Positions 25,781 to 35,383 are shown, counted from the first letter of the stretch. The stretch: 53,374 nt of DNA from a virus (IMGVR_UViG_3300044807_000061:1-53374), one strand, 5' to 3'. The notes: generated by a model not told the origin, from the letters alone. Numbers and translations: made by a program.

Positions 25781-26844
25781 CCACCGTCGAAGACACACCC
25801 CGCGCCGCGCCACCGCCGCTCAGCACCCTGCCCAAGCTCCTGTCGACCCGCGGCGCCTACGACCCCCAGAACGACGACAACGACGGCCGCTGGTACACCG
25901 ACCCCGACACCGACCAGCTCCTCGCCTCCGTCACCACAGTCCTCGGAGCCACAAGCAGCAAGCCGTGGCTCGCGAACTGGGCCGCGAAGCTCGCCGCCGA
26001 GTTCGCCGTCGAGCAGCACGCGCTCGTCACCGACACGATCGCCGCCGCCGGCCCCGCCGCCGCGATCGACCTCATCAAAGGCGCATCGAAGCGCAAGCGG
26101 GAAGAGGCCAGAGACCGCGGCACCTGGGTCCACGACGTCGTCGAGTGCCTCGCCCTCGACACGACCATGCCGGACTTCCCCGACGACGTCGCGCCCTACG
26201 CCGACGCGTTCATCGACTGGTTCTGCGAGTGGGAACCGACCTTCGTCGCGTCCGAGTGCACCGTCGCCGACCCCGCCCGCGGCTGGGCCGGGACCCTCGA
26301 CCTGCTCCTGCACTTCCCCCGCTGGCCGCACCTCGGCCGGTGGCTCATCGACGCCAAGAGCGGCGCGAACCTCGACCACACCATGCCCATCCAGCTGGGC
26401 ACCTATCAGCGGGCGCGGGAACTGTGGCTCCCGTTCGGGCGGAAGGTCCCGATGCCGCAGACCGACAGGTGCGGCGTCCTCCACATCCGCCCTGAGGGCG
26501 TCAAGCTCATCGACGTCACCGAGTACGCGACCGACGTCGCGTACGAGCAGTTCCTCAAGATGCGGTCGGTCCTCGACTTCCGCGAGAGCCTTCCCAAGCA
26601 CATCGGCCGGGTCCTGTACCCGCCGCTGCCCGATGGCAGCCAGCCCCCGCCGATGCTCGAAGACCTCCCCGGCGCCCAGTGCGTCGCGATCCTCAAGGCC
26701 GCCGGGATCATCCGCCTCGACGACCTCGCCGCCTGCACCCGCGCCCGTCTCCTCGCCCTCAAGGGCATCGGCGACAAGAAGGCCGACGCGCTCGAGGAGT
26801 TCCTCGCGCAGCACGGCCGCAGCCTCAGGTCGGTGGCGGCATGA
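25777..26844 (+). CDS. PD-(D/E)XK exonuclease with C-terminal RNAP alpha-CTD/HhH-like domain
   Basis: SVTTVL, RGTWVH, AGTLD, IDAKS, QLGTY; C-terminal LKAAGI..LDDL......LLALKGIG.K. Confidence 0.85.
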   Translation: MTTVEDTPRAAPPPLSTLPKLLSTRGAYDPQNDDNDGRWYTDPDTDQLLASVTTVLGATSSKPWLANWAAKLAAEFAVEQHALVTDTIAAAGPAAAIDLIKGASKRKREEARDRGTWVHDVVECLALDTTMPDFPDDVAPYADAFIDWFCEWEPTFVASECTVADPARGWAGTLDLLLHFPRWPHLGRWLIDAKSGANLDHTMPIQLGTYQRARELWLPFGRKVPMPQTDRCGVLHIRPEGVKLIDVTEYATDVAYEQFLKMRSVLDFRESLPKHIGRVLYPPLPDGSQPPPMLEDLPGAQCVAILKAAGIIRLDDLAACTRARLLALKGIGDKKADALEEFLAQHGRSLRSVAA

Positions 26845-27851
26845 CACTCCTCGATCGGCAGCGGCAGGGCGTCCGGCTCGGTGCCATCCGCATCGGGATC
26901 AAGGTCGTCAAGGACGGCAAGACCCGCCCGCAGAAGCTCAACACCTTCCGCCTCACGTCACCGGACCGGGTGAAGGTCGAGGCCGCCGCGCAGGTCTACG
27001 GCGGCGAAGTCCAGGCGTGGAAGCCGAACGACAACGCCGGGCAGCAGTGGGAAGTCGTCACGACCGTCGACCGGATGGACGTCCGGATCCCGCCCGGTGA
27101 CCCGGTCGCGCAGGACTACGAGCTGTGGACCACGACCCGGCAGCGGCTCTGCGACGGCGTGACCGAACGCATGAAGGGCCGCGCGTGCCAGTGCCCCCGC
27201 GACCTGATGGAGCGGAAGGAAGCCGCGAAGAGCGGCGACGCCTGCAAGCCGATCACGCGCCTGAACCTGATCCTCGCGGACCTCCCCGGCCTCGGGGTGT
27301 GGCAGCTGTCGTCGACCGGCGACGCCGCCGCGGACGAGCTCGCCAGCACCGCCGAGTTCCTGCAGCGCGCCGGGGCGGGTGGCGTGATGCTCCCGGCCGT
27401 CCTGCGGCTCGAGCAGCGCGAGTCCCGCGGCTCCGGTGAGCTCCGCCGCTTCGCCGTCCCTGTCCTGGACGTGGCAGCGTCGATGCTGCAGCTGGAGACC
27501 GGCCAGTTCACGCCCGCCGGCCTGATCGGCAACGGCGGACCGAACCCTGGGCAGCGGGCTCTGCCGGCCGGGTCGGCACCGGATCCCACTGTTCCGAAGC
27601 AGATCGACGCTCAGGCGGCTCCTGTGGAGGAGCGGACGGTCGCTCCGCTGCCGCTCCCCGATGACCTGACGCCGCAGAAGCTCGCCAACCTGGCCAGGAC
27701 CGCGACGCACAAGGATCAGGTCCGTGACTTGAAGCTCCACGCCCGCACCGTCGGGTGGCTGGAGGAGTTCGTCGACGACGCGCAGGGCGTGAGCGAGCCC
27801 CTCGACAACGCGCTGTTCACCGAGTTCGAGCGGCTCGGCGGTACGGCCTGA
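26841..27851 (+). CDS. phiC31 gp3-like protein (recombination directionality factor-like family)
   Basis: LGAIRIG...PQKL.TFRLTS...RLCDG...CKPITRL...PGLGVW...FAVPVL. Confidence 0.75.
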   Translation: MTLLDRQRQGVRLGAIRIGIKVVKDGKTRPQKLNTFRLTSPDRVKVEAAAQVYGGEVQAWKPNDNAGQQWEVVTTVDRMDVRIPPGDPVAQDYELWTTTRQRLCDGVTERMKGRACQCPRDLMERKEAAKSGDACKPITRLNLILADLPGLGVWQLSSTGDAAADELASTAEFLQRAGAGGVMLPAVLRLEQRESRGSGELRRFAVPVLDVAASMLQLETGQFTPAGLIGNGGPNPGQRALPAGSAPDPTVPKQIDAQAAPVEERTVAPLPLPDDLTPQKLANLARTATHKDQVRDLKLHARTVGWLEEFVDDAQGVSEPLDNALFTEFERLGGTA

Positions 27852-28120
27852 TGCAGACGGTCGACCACTCCCCCCTGCGCAAGAACGCCCTCGCCACGTA
27901 CCGCGCCGGACGGCTGCAGCTCATCGAGGTCGTGAGCGGCTGGGACCTGATCCCGGTCAAGGTGACGGCCCGGGTCGAGAGCAGCCGCGACGGCGGCGGG
28001 ACGTACGCGGTCGACCTGATCGACGGCGTGTGGCGCTGCACGTGCCGGGTCGGGCAGCGCGGTGAGCCGTGCGCGCACGTCCACTCGGTGCAGCTGTGCA
28101 CGACTGGAGTGCCGGCGTGA
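27851..28120 (+). CDS. SWIM zinc-finger protein
   Basis: YAV......WRCTC.......CAHV. Confidence 0.75.
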   Translation: MQTVDHSPLRKNALATYRAGRLQLIEVVSGWDLIPVKVTARVESSRDGGGTYAVDLIDGVWRCTCRVGQRGEPCAHVHSVQLCTTGVPA

Positions 28121-28722
28121 CCGCTCTCACGCTTCCGGGTGTCATCGACCCTCGCCCGGAGGACCGGGCCGCTGAGGTGGGAAGTGGGGAACTTCCCGCC
28201 CCAGCGGCCCGGGTCATCGGAGTCGACCTGTCCTTGACAGGTACCGGGATGGCCGACGGCGAGAACACCTGGCTCGTCACCAGCAAGGGCACCGACAAGG
28301 ACAGCCTCGCGCAACGCTGGATGCGACTGGGCCGGCTCGCCCGCGACATCTGCGGCCGCATCCCCACCGACGTGACGCTCGTCCTCATCGAGGGCCCGTC
28401 GTTCGGCAGCCGCGACGGGCACGCGCACGACCGCAGCGGCCTGTGGTGGCTCGTCGTGAGCGCCCTCCACAAGGCTGGCATCCCTGTGGCTGAGGTCGCG
28501 CCGTCGTCCCTGAAGCTCTACGCCACCGGCAAGGGCAACGCGAAGAAGGAACTCGTCGTCGACGCGACAGCCCGCCGCTATCCCGACGTCGTCACGGGGG
28601 CCGACTCGAATCGCTGTGACGCGCACTGGCTTGCCGCCATGGGACTAGCGCACCTGACAGGCCGGCACGTCGTCCCGACAGCGCACCAGCAGGCCATGGT
28701 CAAGGTCCGGTGGCCAGCATGA
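28117..28722 (+). CDS. RuvC-like Holliday junction resolvase
   Basis: VIGVDLSLTGTG, LIEG, KLYATGKGNAKKE, NRCDA. Confidence 0.88.
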   Translation: MTALTLPGVIDPRPEDRAAEVGSGELPAPAARVIGVDLSLTGTGMADGENTWLVTSKGTDKDSLAQRWMRLGRLARDICGRIPTDVTLVLIEGPSFGSRDGHAHDRSGLWWLVVSALHKAGIPVAEVAPSSLKLYATGKGNAKKELVVDATARRYPDVVTGADSNRCDAHWLAAMGLAHLTGRHVVPTAHQQAMVKVRWPA

Positions 28723-29232
28723 GGGCGCACTACCGCTCCCAGGTCGCGACGGTCGTTGCCGCCGCCGCGCTGTTCGTCTCCTTCTGCGCACTCATGGCCA
28801 CCGGCCAGAACAAGGACCGCATCGCGCAGCTCGAGCAGCGGCGCTCCCCCCACAAGCTCGACGTCACCCGTCCAGACCCCGCGAGTGACGTCGACCCCCG
28901 CGAGCCGGTCCCGGCGCAGCCTGGCAGGTCACAGGCACCCCGAGGGCGGCTCTGCGCCCAACGGAACCGGGACCGGCTCGCGGCTCTCCATCACGGCTTA
29001 CTGCTGGACCGGGAACCGCACCGCAAGTGGCCTCTGGCCGCAGGTCGGGATGGCCGCCGGCAACCGCTGGCCGGTCGGGACGGTCCTGCACGTGGAGGAC
29101 GTCGGGACCGTCGTCATCCGGGACCACATCGGATCAGGCAGCGACCTCGACATCTACCTCGGCCGCGACGGCTGCGAACAACGCGCCCGCCAGTTCGGAC
29201 GGCGCCAACTACGCGTGGAGGTCACCGGATGA
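28719..29232 (+). pseudogene. Membrane-anchored 3D-domain protein split by a frameshift in a C6 tract (28846-28851)
   Basis: TM N-terminus in one frame; linker plus ITAYC...TASG...D.IG...LDIY...QFGRR in the +1 frame; deleting one C fuses them. Confidence 0.75.
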
Positions 29233-30041
29233 GCGTCCAGCACGGCACCGTCGCCGGCTACAAGGGCTGCAACGGCGGAGGGCGCAACGCCTGCCAAGAC
29301 TGCCGAGACGCCAACAGCATCCGGGCCGCCGAACGCCGCCGCCTCAAGGCCTACGGCCGCAACAGCCCGACGGACCGGGTCGACCCGACCCTCACCATCC
29401 AGGCGCTTCATCTGCTCGCCGCGATGGGGCACAACACCGTCGCGGTGCAGCAGCTCACGGGCGTCAACAACACCATCGTCGCGAGGCTGCTGCGCGACGA
29501 GGCCTCCTGGATCTACCGCGAGACGAAGGACCGGGTCTTGTGCGGCCTGTCGTACGCGCTGATCCACCCGGAGTGGAAGCGCGACACCTGGTACGTCCCC
29601 AGCAGACGGTCGTTGCAGCAGATCCACAGTCTGCAGGCGCTCGGCTGGCCGCTGAACACGCTGATGGGGATGCTCGGGTACCAGCAGGCCAAGCAGCCGG
29701 TGCCGTGGCGCCGGGACCGCATGACACGTCGCAACGCTGAGCGTGTCCAGCAGCTGTACGACGAGCTGTCCGGGACGAAGGGTCCGAGTCGCATCGCAGC
29801 TGCGAATGCCGCGCGCCTCGGCTGGCACACACCCCTGGCCTACGACGACGACGGGCGGCTAATCGCGGAGGCGATCCCGAACGATCTGAGCCGCGCGGTG
29901 GAGCGCCGGGAGGACCGGCAGGCACGGGCCGCGCAGGTCGAGGAGCTGACCGGCAAGGGATACAGCACGGCTGAGATCGCTGAGCGGCTCGGCGTCACCG
30001 ACCGGACCGTCACCCGCGCCCGAGCAAGGAGATCCGCATGA
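29229..30041 (+). CDS. Zn-finger plus HTH DNA-binding protein
   Basis: HGT..GY..C...CQDC; LQALGW; C-terminal GYSTAEIAERLGVTDRTVTR. Confidence 0.8.
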   Translation: MSVQHGTVAGYKGCNGGGRNACQDCRDANSIRAAERRRLKAYGRNSPTDRVDPTLTIQALHLLAAMGHNTVAVQQLTGVNNTIVARLLRDEASWIYRETKDRVLCGLSYALIHPEWKRDTWYVPSRRSLQQIHSLQALGWPLNTLMGMLGYQQAKQPVPWRRDRMTRRNAERVQQLYDELSGTKGPSRIAAANAARLGWHTPLAYDDDGRLIAEAIPNDLSRAVERREDRQARAAQVEELTGKGYSTAEIAERLGVTDRTVTRARARRSA

Positions 30042-30391
30042 CTCAGGACCACGAGCAGTTGGCGCTCGACGAGATCGCCGTGCGGCCTCTCATCGCCGGG
30101 GAGGGCGCGACCATCAGCGAGCGGTTCGACTCCTTCCACCGGCAGAACCCGTGGGTGTATCAGGCGCTGGAGGAGCTGACGCGCGACGAGTTCGCCCGCG
30201 GGAACCGCCGGATCGGCATCGCGATGCTCTTCGAGGTCCTCCGCTGGCACTACGGCCGCCGCACCGAGGGTGACCAGTTCCGGCTCAACAACAACCTGCG
30301 GTCCAGGTACGCGCGTCTGCTGATGCACAACCACCCGGAGTGGGGCGAGGTCTTCACGACGCGCCACCTGCCCTCGGAGCGGGCCGCATGA
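30038..30391 (+). CDS. Hypothetical protein
   Basis: FHRQNP.VY...LNNN.RSRYARL; good RBS. Confidence 0.75.
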   Translation: MTQDHEQLALDEIAVRPLIAGEGATISERFDSFHRQNPWVYQALEELTRDEFARGNRRIGIAMLFEVLRWHYGRRTEGDQFRLNNNLRSRYARLLMHNHPEWGEVFTTRHLPSERAA

Positions 30392-30888
30392 CCGGCACCG
30401 ACATCGAGATCGCTTGGGCTGCGGGGATCTTCGAGGGCGAAGGCAGCATCGTCCACTACACCTACGAGGGCCGAAAGCAACGCCGGCTCACGGTCAAGAT
30501 GACCGACGAGGACGTGGTGCTGAGGCTCGTTACGGCTACCGGATGCGGAGCGGTCACCGGACCTGAGCAGCGCCGTGAGGGCTGGAAGCCGATCTGGACG
30601 TGGAACGTCTGCCGTTGGGCTGAGATCGAGTACCTCCTTCAGGCATGGCGGCCGCTGCTGGGAGAACGGCGCCGCGCGAAGGCTGACCAGCTGCTCGCCG
30701 ACCCTGCGCAGACAGTCGGTCGACCGCTACTGGACACCTGCACTGCCGGTCACGAGCGGACCGACGAGACCGTCTACATCAACTCCAAGACCGGCATCTG
30801 GCACTGCCGCGTTTGCCAGCGTGATCGAGCGGCCGCCAAGCGACGCGCGCAGGGTAAGCCGACCCGTCGGCAGCGGAGCGCCGCCTGA
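30388..30888 (+). CDS. LAGLIDADG-like endonuclease domain plus Zn-finger
   Basis: AWAAGIFEGEGSI; C..GH...CRVC. Confidence 0.7.
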   Translation: MTGTDIEIAWAAGIFEGEGSIVHYTYEGRKQRRLTVKMTDEDVVLRLVTATGCGAVTGPEQRREGWKPIWTWNVCRWAEIEYLLQAWRPLLGERRRAKADQLLADPAQTVGRPLLDTCTAGHERTDETVYINSKTGIWHCRVCQRDRAAAKRRAQGKPTRRQRSAA

Positions 30889-31832
30889 TGGGCGATCAGA
30901 GCGCGATCGAGTGGACTGACGCGACGTGGAACCCGACGGTCGGGTGCACGAAGGTCAGCCCCGGCTGTGATCACTGCTACGCGGAGACGTTCGTCAACCG
31001 CTTCGCCGGGACCAAGGGGTTCCCGCTGCCGTTCGACCAGCTGCTGCTCCGCGACGAGTCGTTCCTGACCCTGCCGCTGCGCTGGCGGAAGCCGCGGAAG
31101 ATCTTCGTCAACAGCCTCAGCGACCTGTTCCACCAGGACGTCCCCGACGAGTTCATCGCCCAGGTCTTCGCCGTCATGGCCCTCACCCGCCGCCACACAT
31201 TCCAGCTCCTCACCAAGCGGCACGCTCGGTTGCGGTCTCTGCTCAACGATGACGACTTCCACGCGCAGGTCGCCGAAGCAGCCAGCGACGTCATGGGGTC
31301 GGGTGTTCGCGGGATCGAGGTCAACGGCGTCGGCGACGGGTGGCACGTCACCGGACAGGACCTCGAAGGCGCCAACATCTGGTCGCCGTCGTGGCCGCTG
31401 CCGAACGTGTGGCTCGGCGTCAGCGTCGAAAACCAGCAGTGGGCCGACATCCGCATCCCCGCTCTGCTCGCCACCCCCGCTGCAGTCCGGTGGATCAGCG
31501 CGGAACCGCTCCTCGGCCCGATCGACATCACCGGCTGGGCACCCGAGAACGACGACGCGCGCTGGCTCGACTGGGTTGTGGTCGGTGGCGAGAGCGGCCC
31601 GAAGGCCCGCGCGATGCGCCCCGAGTGGCCAGACAGCCTGCTCGACCAGTGCGGCGTCCTCAGCGTCCCCTTTCTTTTCAAGCAGTGGGGGAACTGGGCA
31701 CCCACGGGCAAGGTCAGCGACCGGACGGTCATGGCGAACGTCGGGAAGAAGCGCGCCGGCCGGACACTCCGCGGACAGACGTGGGACGGGTACCCGCCTG
31801 ACGGCACACCCGCCCGGATGGCCGCGTCATGA
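30888..31832 (+). CDS. DUF5131 (phage Gp37/Gp68) family protein
   Basis: IEWTDATWNP..GCTKVSPGCDHCYA, IFVNSLSDLFH, LTKR, SAEPLLG, VGGESG, FKQWG. Confidence 0.93.
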   Translation: MGDQSAIEWTDATWNPTVGCTKVSPGCDHCYAETFVNRFAGTKGFPLPFDQLLLRDESFLTLPLRWRKPRKIFVNSLSDLFHQDVPDEFIAQVFAVMALTRRHTFQLLTKRHARLRSLLNDDDFHAQVAEAASDVMGSGVRGIEVNGVGDGWHVTGQDLEGANIWSPSWPLPNVWLGVSVENQQWADIRIPALLATPAAVRWISAEPLLGPIDITGWAPENDDARWLDWVVVGGESGPKARAMRPEWPDSLLDQCGVLSVPFLFKQWGNWAPTGKVSDRTVMANVGKKRAGRTLRGQTWDGYPPDGTPARMAAS

Positions 31833-32098
31833 GCGGCCAGTTGTACGCGGTGCAGCATCGGGTGTGCGGGCACGTGAGCGCGACGACGACCGAACGGACT
31901 CGGGCGGAGAACACCCTCGCGCTGCTCGTCGGCGCGGGCTATCACCAGTGGCGCGTCCGGATCCTCGCCGCTGAGGAGGCCGTCGCCCAGGTCCTGACCG
32001 ACACCGTGTGCGGCACGTGCAAAGTCGACCCGCAGCGCGGGCTGCTCCCCGCCGCGCAGGCCGCCGCCGCGTCCCTGCTCGGCGGTGGTCTCGCATGA
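31829..32098 (+). CDS. Hypothetical protein
   Basis: Coupled ORF; H..CG and C..C motifs. Confidence 0.55.
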   Translation: MSGQLYAVQHRVCGHVSATTTERTRAENTLALLVGAGYHQWRVRILAAEEAVAQVLTDTVCGTCKVDPQRGLLPAAQAAAASLLGGGLA

Positions 32099-32511
32099 GG
32101 GCCATCACAGTCAAGCAGCCGTGGTCTACGGCCATCGCCGTCGCCGCCGTCCGGCCAGACCTCGCGAAGCTCGTGGAGAACCGTGACCGGCCGCATCCGT
32201 GGCGCGCCGGCATCGGTGAGCGCATCGCCATCCACGCCGGGCAGACCTGGGATCACGACGCCGACGGTGATCCTCGTCTGCTGCGGCTGTGGTCGGCGCT
32301 CAGCGGATGGCTCGCGCAAAACCCGCTTGCGCAGCGGCGCGGTGAGGTTCTTGCCACCGCGGTCCTGGCGGACGTTCACACGTGCGACGGGTCGTGTTCT
32401 CCGTGGGCTGTGCCGGACGCCTGGCACCTCGTGCTCGTCGACGTCCAGCTGGTCACTCCGCCCGCACCGGCCCGCGGTGCCCTCGGCTGGTGGCAGTGGG
32501 AGGCGGCATGA
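32095..32511 (+). CDS. ASCH-domain-like protein
   Basis: AITVKQPW...KLVENR...IAIHAG...RGALGWW. Confidence 0.8.
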   Translation: MRAITVKQPWSTAIAVAAVRPDLAKLVENRDRPHPWRAGIGERIAIHAGQTWDHDADGDPRLLRLWSALSGWLAQNPLAQRRGEVLATAVLADVHTCDGSCSPWAVPDAWHLVLVDVQLVTPPAPARGALGWWQWEAA

Positions 32512-32909
32512 CGCCCGCGCAGCGTGTCCAGGCGGCCTTGACGGAGATCGCCCGGCGCAGAGTCGTGACCCGCGCCACGGCGACGTACGCCCCGACCGAC
32601 CACAGACCCACAGGTCCGCAAGGCGCATGCTGCGCCGAAGGCGCCGGCGTCTTCGACACCCGGGGCGGTTGGCTCGCGACCGTCTGGGCCGACGACCAAG
32701 AGCGTCAGCGCCGACACGAGGCGATGAGTGACCACATCGCCGACAACGACCCCGCGCACGTCCTCGCGGTCCTCGACATCCACCAGCAGATCCTCGCGGC
32801 CGTCAACGAGTGGCTCCTCCCTCGACTGGACCGGCCCGCGTTCTTCACCGACCTGATCCGGGCCGTCCTCGACCTGTACGCCCCCGAACTGGAGACCACC
32901 GATGCCTAA
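32508..32909 (+). CDS. Hypothetical protein (DUF6221-like)
   Basis: HIADNDPAHVLA motif. Confidence 0.55.
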   Translation: MTPAQRVQAALTEIARRRVVTRATATYAPTDHRPTGPQGACCAEGAGVFDTRGGWLATVWADDQERQRRHEAMSDHIADNDPAHVLAVLDIHQQILAAVNEWLLPRLDRPAFFTDLIRAVLDLYAPELETTDA

Positions 32910-33288
32910 CACCGCGACCACCGCCGAGCCCGTCCTGCACGTCACGGCGACGCCCTACGAGTCGGCCATCTGCCCCCTCCCCAGCTGCGACGGCGAGCTG
33001 TACCTGATGTTCGAGGGCGGCTCACCGATCAGCGCCGGCGACACCTCGGACACCCTGGGCTTGGCGGCGTCGGCCCCGAACTTCCTGACGTGGAAGGTCG
33101 AGTGCCAGCACGGTCACGTCCTGCTGGTCCCGACCGATGTGACGGACGCGGAGGTCCGGGTCTTCGGCCGGTGTGACTGCAGCGACTTCGAGGACGAGGG
33201 CGTGCACTTCGGTCTGTGTGGCGTCTTCGACTTGGATCGGCTGCGGAAGGTCAGCGGCGTCGGCAAGGTCGACGGGGACCCGATCTGA
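32902..33288 (+). CDS. Cys-containing hypothetical protein
   Basis: RBS ggag; CP..C...C..GH. Confidence 0.6.
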   Translation: MPNTATTAEPVLHVTATPYESAICPLPSCDGELYLMFEGGSPISAGDTSDTLGLAASAPNFLTWKVECQHGHVLLVPTDVTDAEVRVFGRCDCSDFEDEGVHFGLCGVFDLDRLRKVSGVGKVDGDPI

Positions 33289-33515
33289 TGGCCGCCCACG
33301 AGCCCCAGAGTGCGGCCTCTGTTGCGCGTCCTGAGCGTGCGCCGTTAACGCAACCGGACACCGCAGCGGCCCGGACGAAGGTCGTTGGGGTCCGGCTCAC
33401 GGAGGCCGAGTACGACGCCCTCTCCCTTGTTGCGGCTGTGCAGGGCGTGTCCATACCGGAGGTGCTGCGGCTCTCGTGGTTCCTCGTCGAACGCCTGGAG
33501 ACCAGCCATGCCTGA
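33288..33515 (+). CDS. Ribbon-helix-helix DNA-binding protein
   Basis: RTKVVGVRLTEAEYDAL...GVSIPEVLR. Confidence 0.65.
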   Translation: MAAHEPQSAASVARPERAPLTQPDTAAARTKVVGVRLTEAEYDALSLVAAVQGVSIPEVLRLSWFLVERLETSHA

Positions 33516-33852
33516 CCTGATTGAGTCGCGGCAGCGCCGCGAGCTGGACCGGCTCATGCTCACCATCCAGGCGCTTGACCACTTCGCGCACCTCGACTTC
33601 TCGTCCTACACCGGCAGGTGGTACGTCAGCGCCAACGTCGAGGTCGGCAACGGCGCGTTCCTCACCGGGATCACCGAGCACCGGGGCGACCCCTACGAGG
33701 CGGTGCGCGCCTTCTTTGAGCGCCTGACCAGCGTGCCGCAGGACGAGTACCTGGTGACGAAGTACTGCGGTCACAGGCGCGAGTGGCGCTGGAACGGCGC
33801 GGCCTTCCAGGAGTGCACACGGCGGGAGGTGGTCGAGCGTGGCTACGTCTGA
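33508..33852 (+). CDS. Hypothetical protein
   Basis: RBS ggag; 114 aa. Confidence 0.65.
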   Translation: MPDLIESRQRRELDRLMLTIQALDHFAHLDFSSYTGRWYVSANVEVGNGAFLTGITEHRGDPYEAVRAFFERLTSVPQDEYLVTKYCGHRREWRWNGAAFQECTRREVVERGYV

Positions 33853-34036
33853 GCCCACACCTGCGTCGTCTGTTGCGCCAACGCCAGGTGCTTGCGCCGA
33901 CCCGTCGTGCCCGGTGCTGCACACAGACCCCGCCAACCCGATTCACCCACCGGACTACGAGCCGGGAGGCCCCTTGTTCGACAACGAGCACCCCGCATGG
34001 TGCAAGTGCCAGCGCGTCTGTGGCGGCGACCAGTGA
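33839..34036 (+). CDS. Small Cys/His hypothetical protein
   Basis: Fills the gap; overlaps the methyltransferase start. Confidence 0.4.
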   Translation: MATSEPTPASSVAPTPGACADPSCPVLHTDPANPIHPPDYEPGGPLFDNEHPAWCKCQRVCGGDQ

Positions 34037-35337
34037 GCGGGGACGCTGCGGCTTCTGATGCGTCGACTGGCCTGGTCATCGACTGCTTTGCTGGCCCGGG
34101 TGGCTGGGACGAGGGTGTTCTTCCGCTCGGCATCCGTCCAGTCGGGATCGAGTGGGACGAGGCCGCGTGCCTGACGGCTCGAGCCGCAGGCCACGCCCGC
34201 ATCCGCGCGGACGTGTCGGTGCTGCCGACCGAGCCGATGGTCGGCAAGGTGACGGGCCTGATCCAGTCTCCGCCGTGCCAGGCGTGGAGCATGGCCGGCA
34301 AGCGCAAGGGCGAGTTGGACCGGCTGAACTGCCACACCCTCGCCGACCGCATGGCCGCGGGGGACGACTCCACCGACTGGACCTCCTGGGAGGACGAGCG
34401 CAGCCCCCTGGTCTGCCAGCCCGTCCGATGGGTCCGCGACCTCCGCCCCGAGTGGGTCGTGCTTGAGGAGGTCCCGGCGGTGGCTCCCCTCTGGGAGCAC
34501 TTCGCCCTGATCTTCCGCCGCTGGGGCTACAGCGTCTGGACGGGTGACCTCAACGCGGCCGACTACGGCGTCCCGCAGACCCGGACGCGCCGCATCCTCA
34601 TCGCCTCTCGGGTGCGCTCGGTGACGATGCCAGCGCCCACGCACGCTCAGAACCCGGCCACTGACCTTTTCGGTGGAGAGCTGCTCCCGTGGGTCACGAT
34701 GGCTGAGGCGCTCGGCTGGGGCATGACGCGGCGGCCCTCTGTGACCGTCATGGCCGGGTCAGGGCGACAGGGAGGCGCTGATCCCCTCGACGGTGGCAGC
34801 GGCTCGCGTCAGACGCTCAGGAACGCCCGCGAGAGTGGGGACTGGGCATTCGTCTCGGCTGGCGTGACCGGGCAGGGTCGACCGAAGGACCCCGAGTCCC
34901 AGCCTGCCGACACGCTCACCGGCAAGGGCACGGCGTACTGGGTGCAGCGCGAGCGCAGCGGTGACCGCGCCGAGGAGGGATTCCTGGCGTCAGAGGAACC
35001 AGCGCAGTGCCTGACGAGCAAGGCGCGCTCGTGGACGGTCTGGCCCTACGAGCGCCCCGCGACGACGGTGGTCGGCTCGTACTGCCCCGACGTGATCAGC
35101 CCTCCGGGCTACCGGACGACCGTCAGCAGGCAGAACGCCGAAGGCGGCGTCCGGGTCACTGTCGCCGAAGGCGGCGTCTTGCAGTCGTTCCGGCCCGACT
35201 ACCCGTGGCAGGGCTCGCGGACCAAGCAGTACCAGCAGATCGGCAACGCGATACCCCCGCGACTCGCCTTGCATGTGGCCGCTGAGGCCATGGGTGTCCA
35301 GGTGCCTGACGCAATCGAAGCGGGAGCGGCGGCATGA
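34033..35337 (+). CDS. C5 cytosine DNA methyltransferase
   Basis: Motif I DCFAGPGG, IV SPPCQ, VI variant EEV, VIII GVPQTRTR, IX-X LQSF...QIGNAIP. Confidence 0.93.
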   Translation: MSGDAAASDASTGLVIDCFAGPGGWDEGVLPLGIRPVGIEWDEAACLTARAAGHARIRADVSVLPTEPMVGKVTGLIQSPPCQAWSMAGKRKGELDRLNCHTLADRMAAGDDSTDWTSWEDERSPLVCQPVRWVRDLRPEWVVLEEVPAVAPLWEHFALIFRRWGYSVWTGDLNAADYGVPQTRTRRILIASRVRSVTMPAPTHAQNPATDLFGGELLPWVTMAEALGWGMTRRPSVTVMAGSGRQGGADPLDGGSGSRQTLRNARESGDWAFVSAGVTGQGRPKDPESQPADTLTGKGTAYWVQRERSGDRAEEGFLASEEPAQCLTSKARSWTVWPYERPATTVVGSYCPDVISPPGYRTTVSRQNAEGGVRVTVAEGGVLQSFRPDYPWQGSRTKQYQQIGNAIPPRLALHVAAEAMGVQVPDAIEAGAAA

Positions 35338-35383
35338 CGACCAAGCACGCAAACGACAGCTCGGGTGCCGCTGGTGAGACACC

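Noticed and set aside
25777-26844. Cas4 / CRISPR adaptation gene
   Set aside because: No Fe-S Cys cluster pattern, cas1 or array; context is phage recombination
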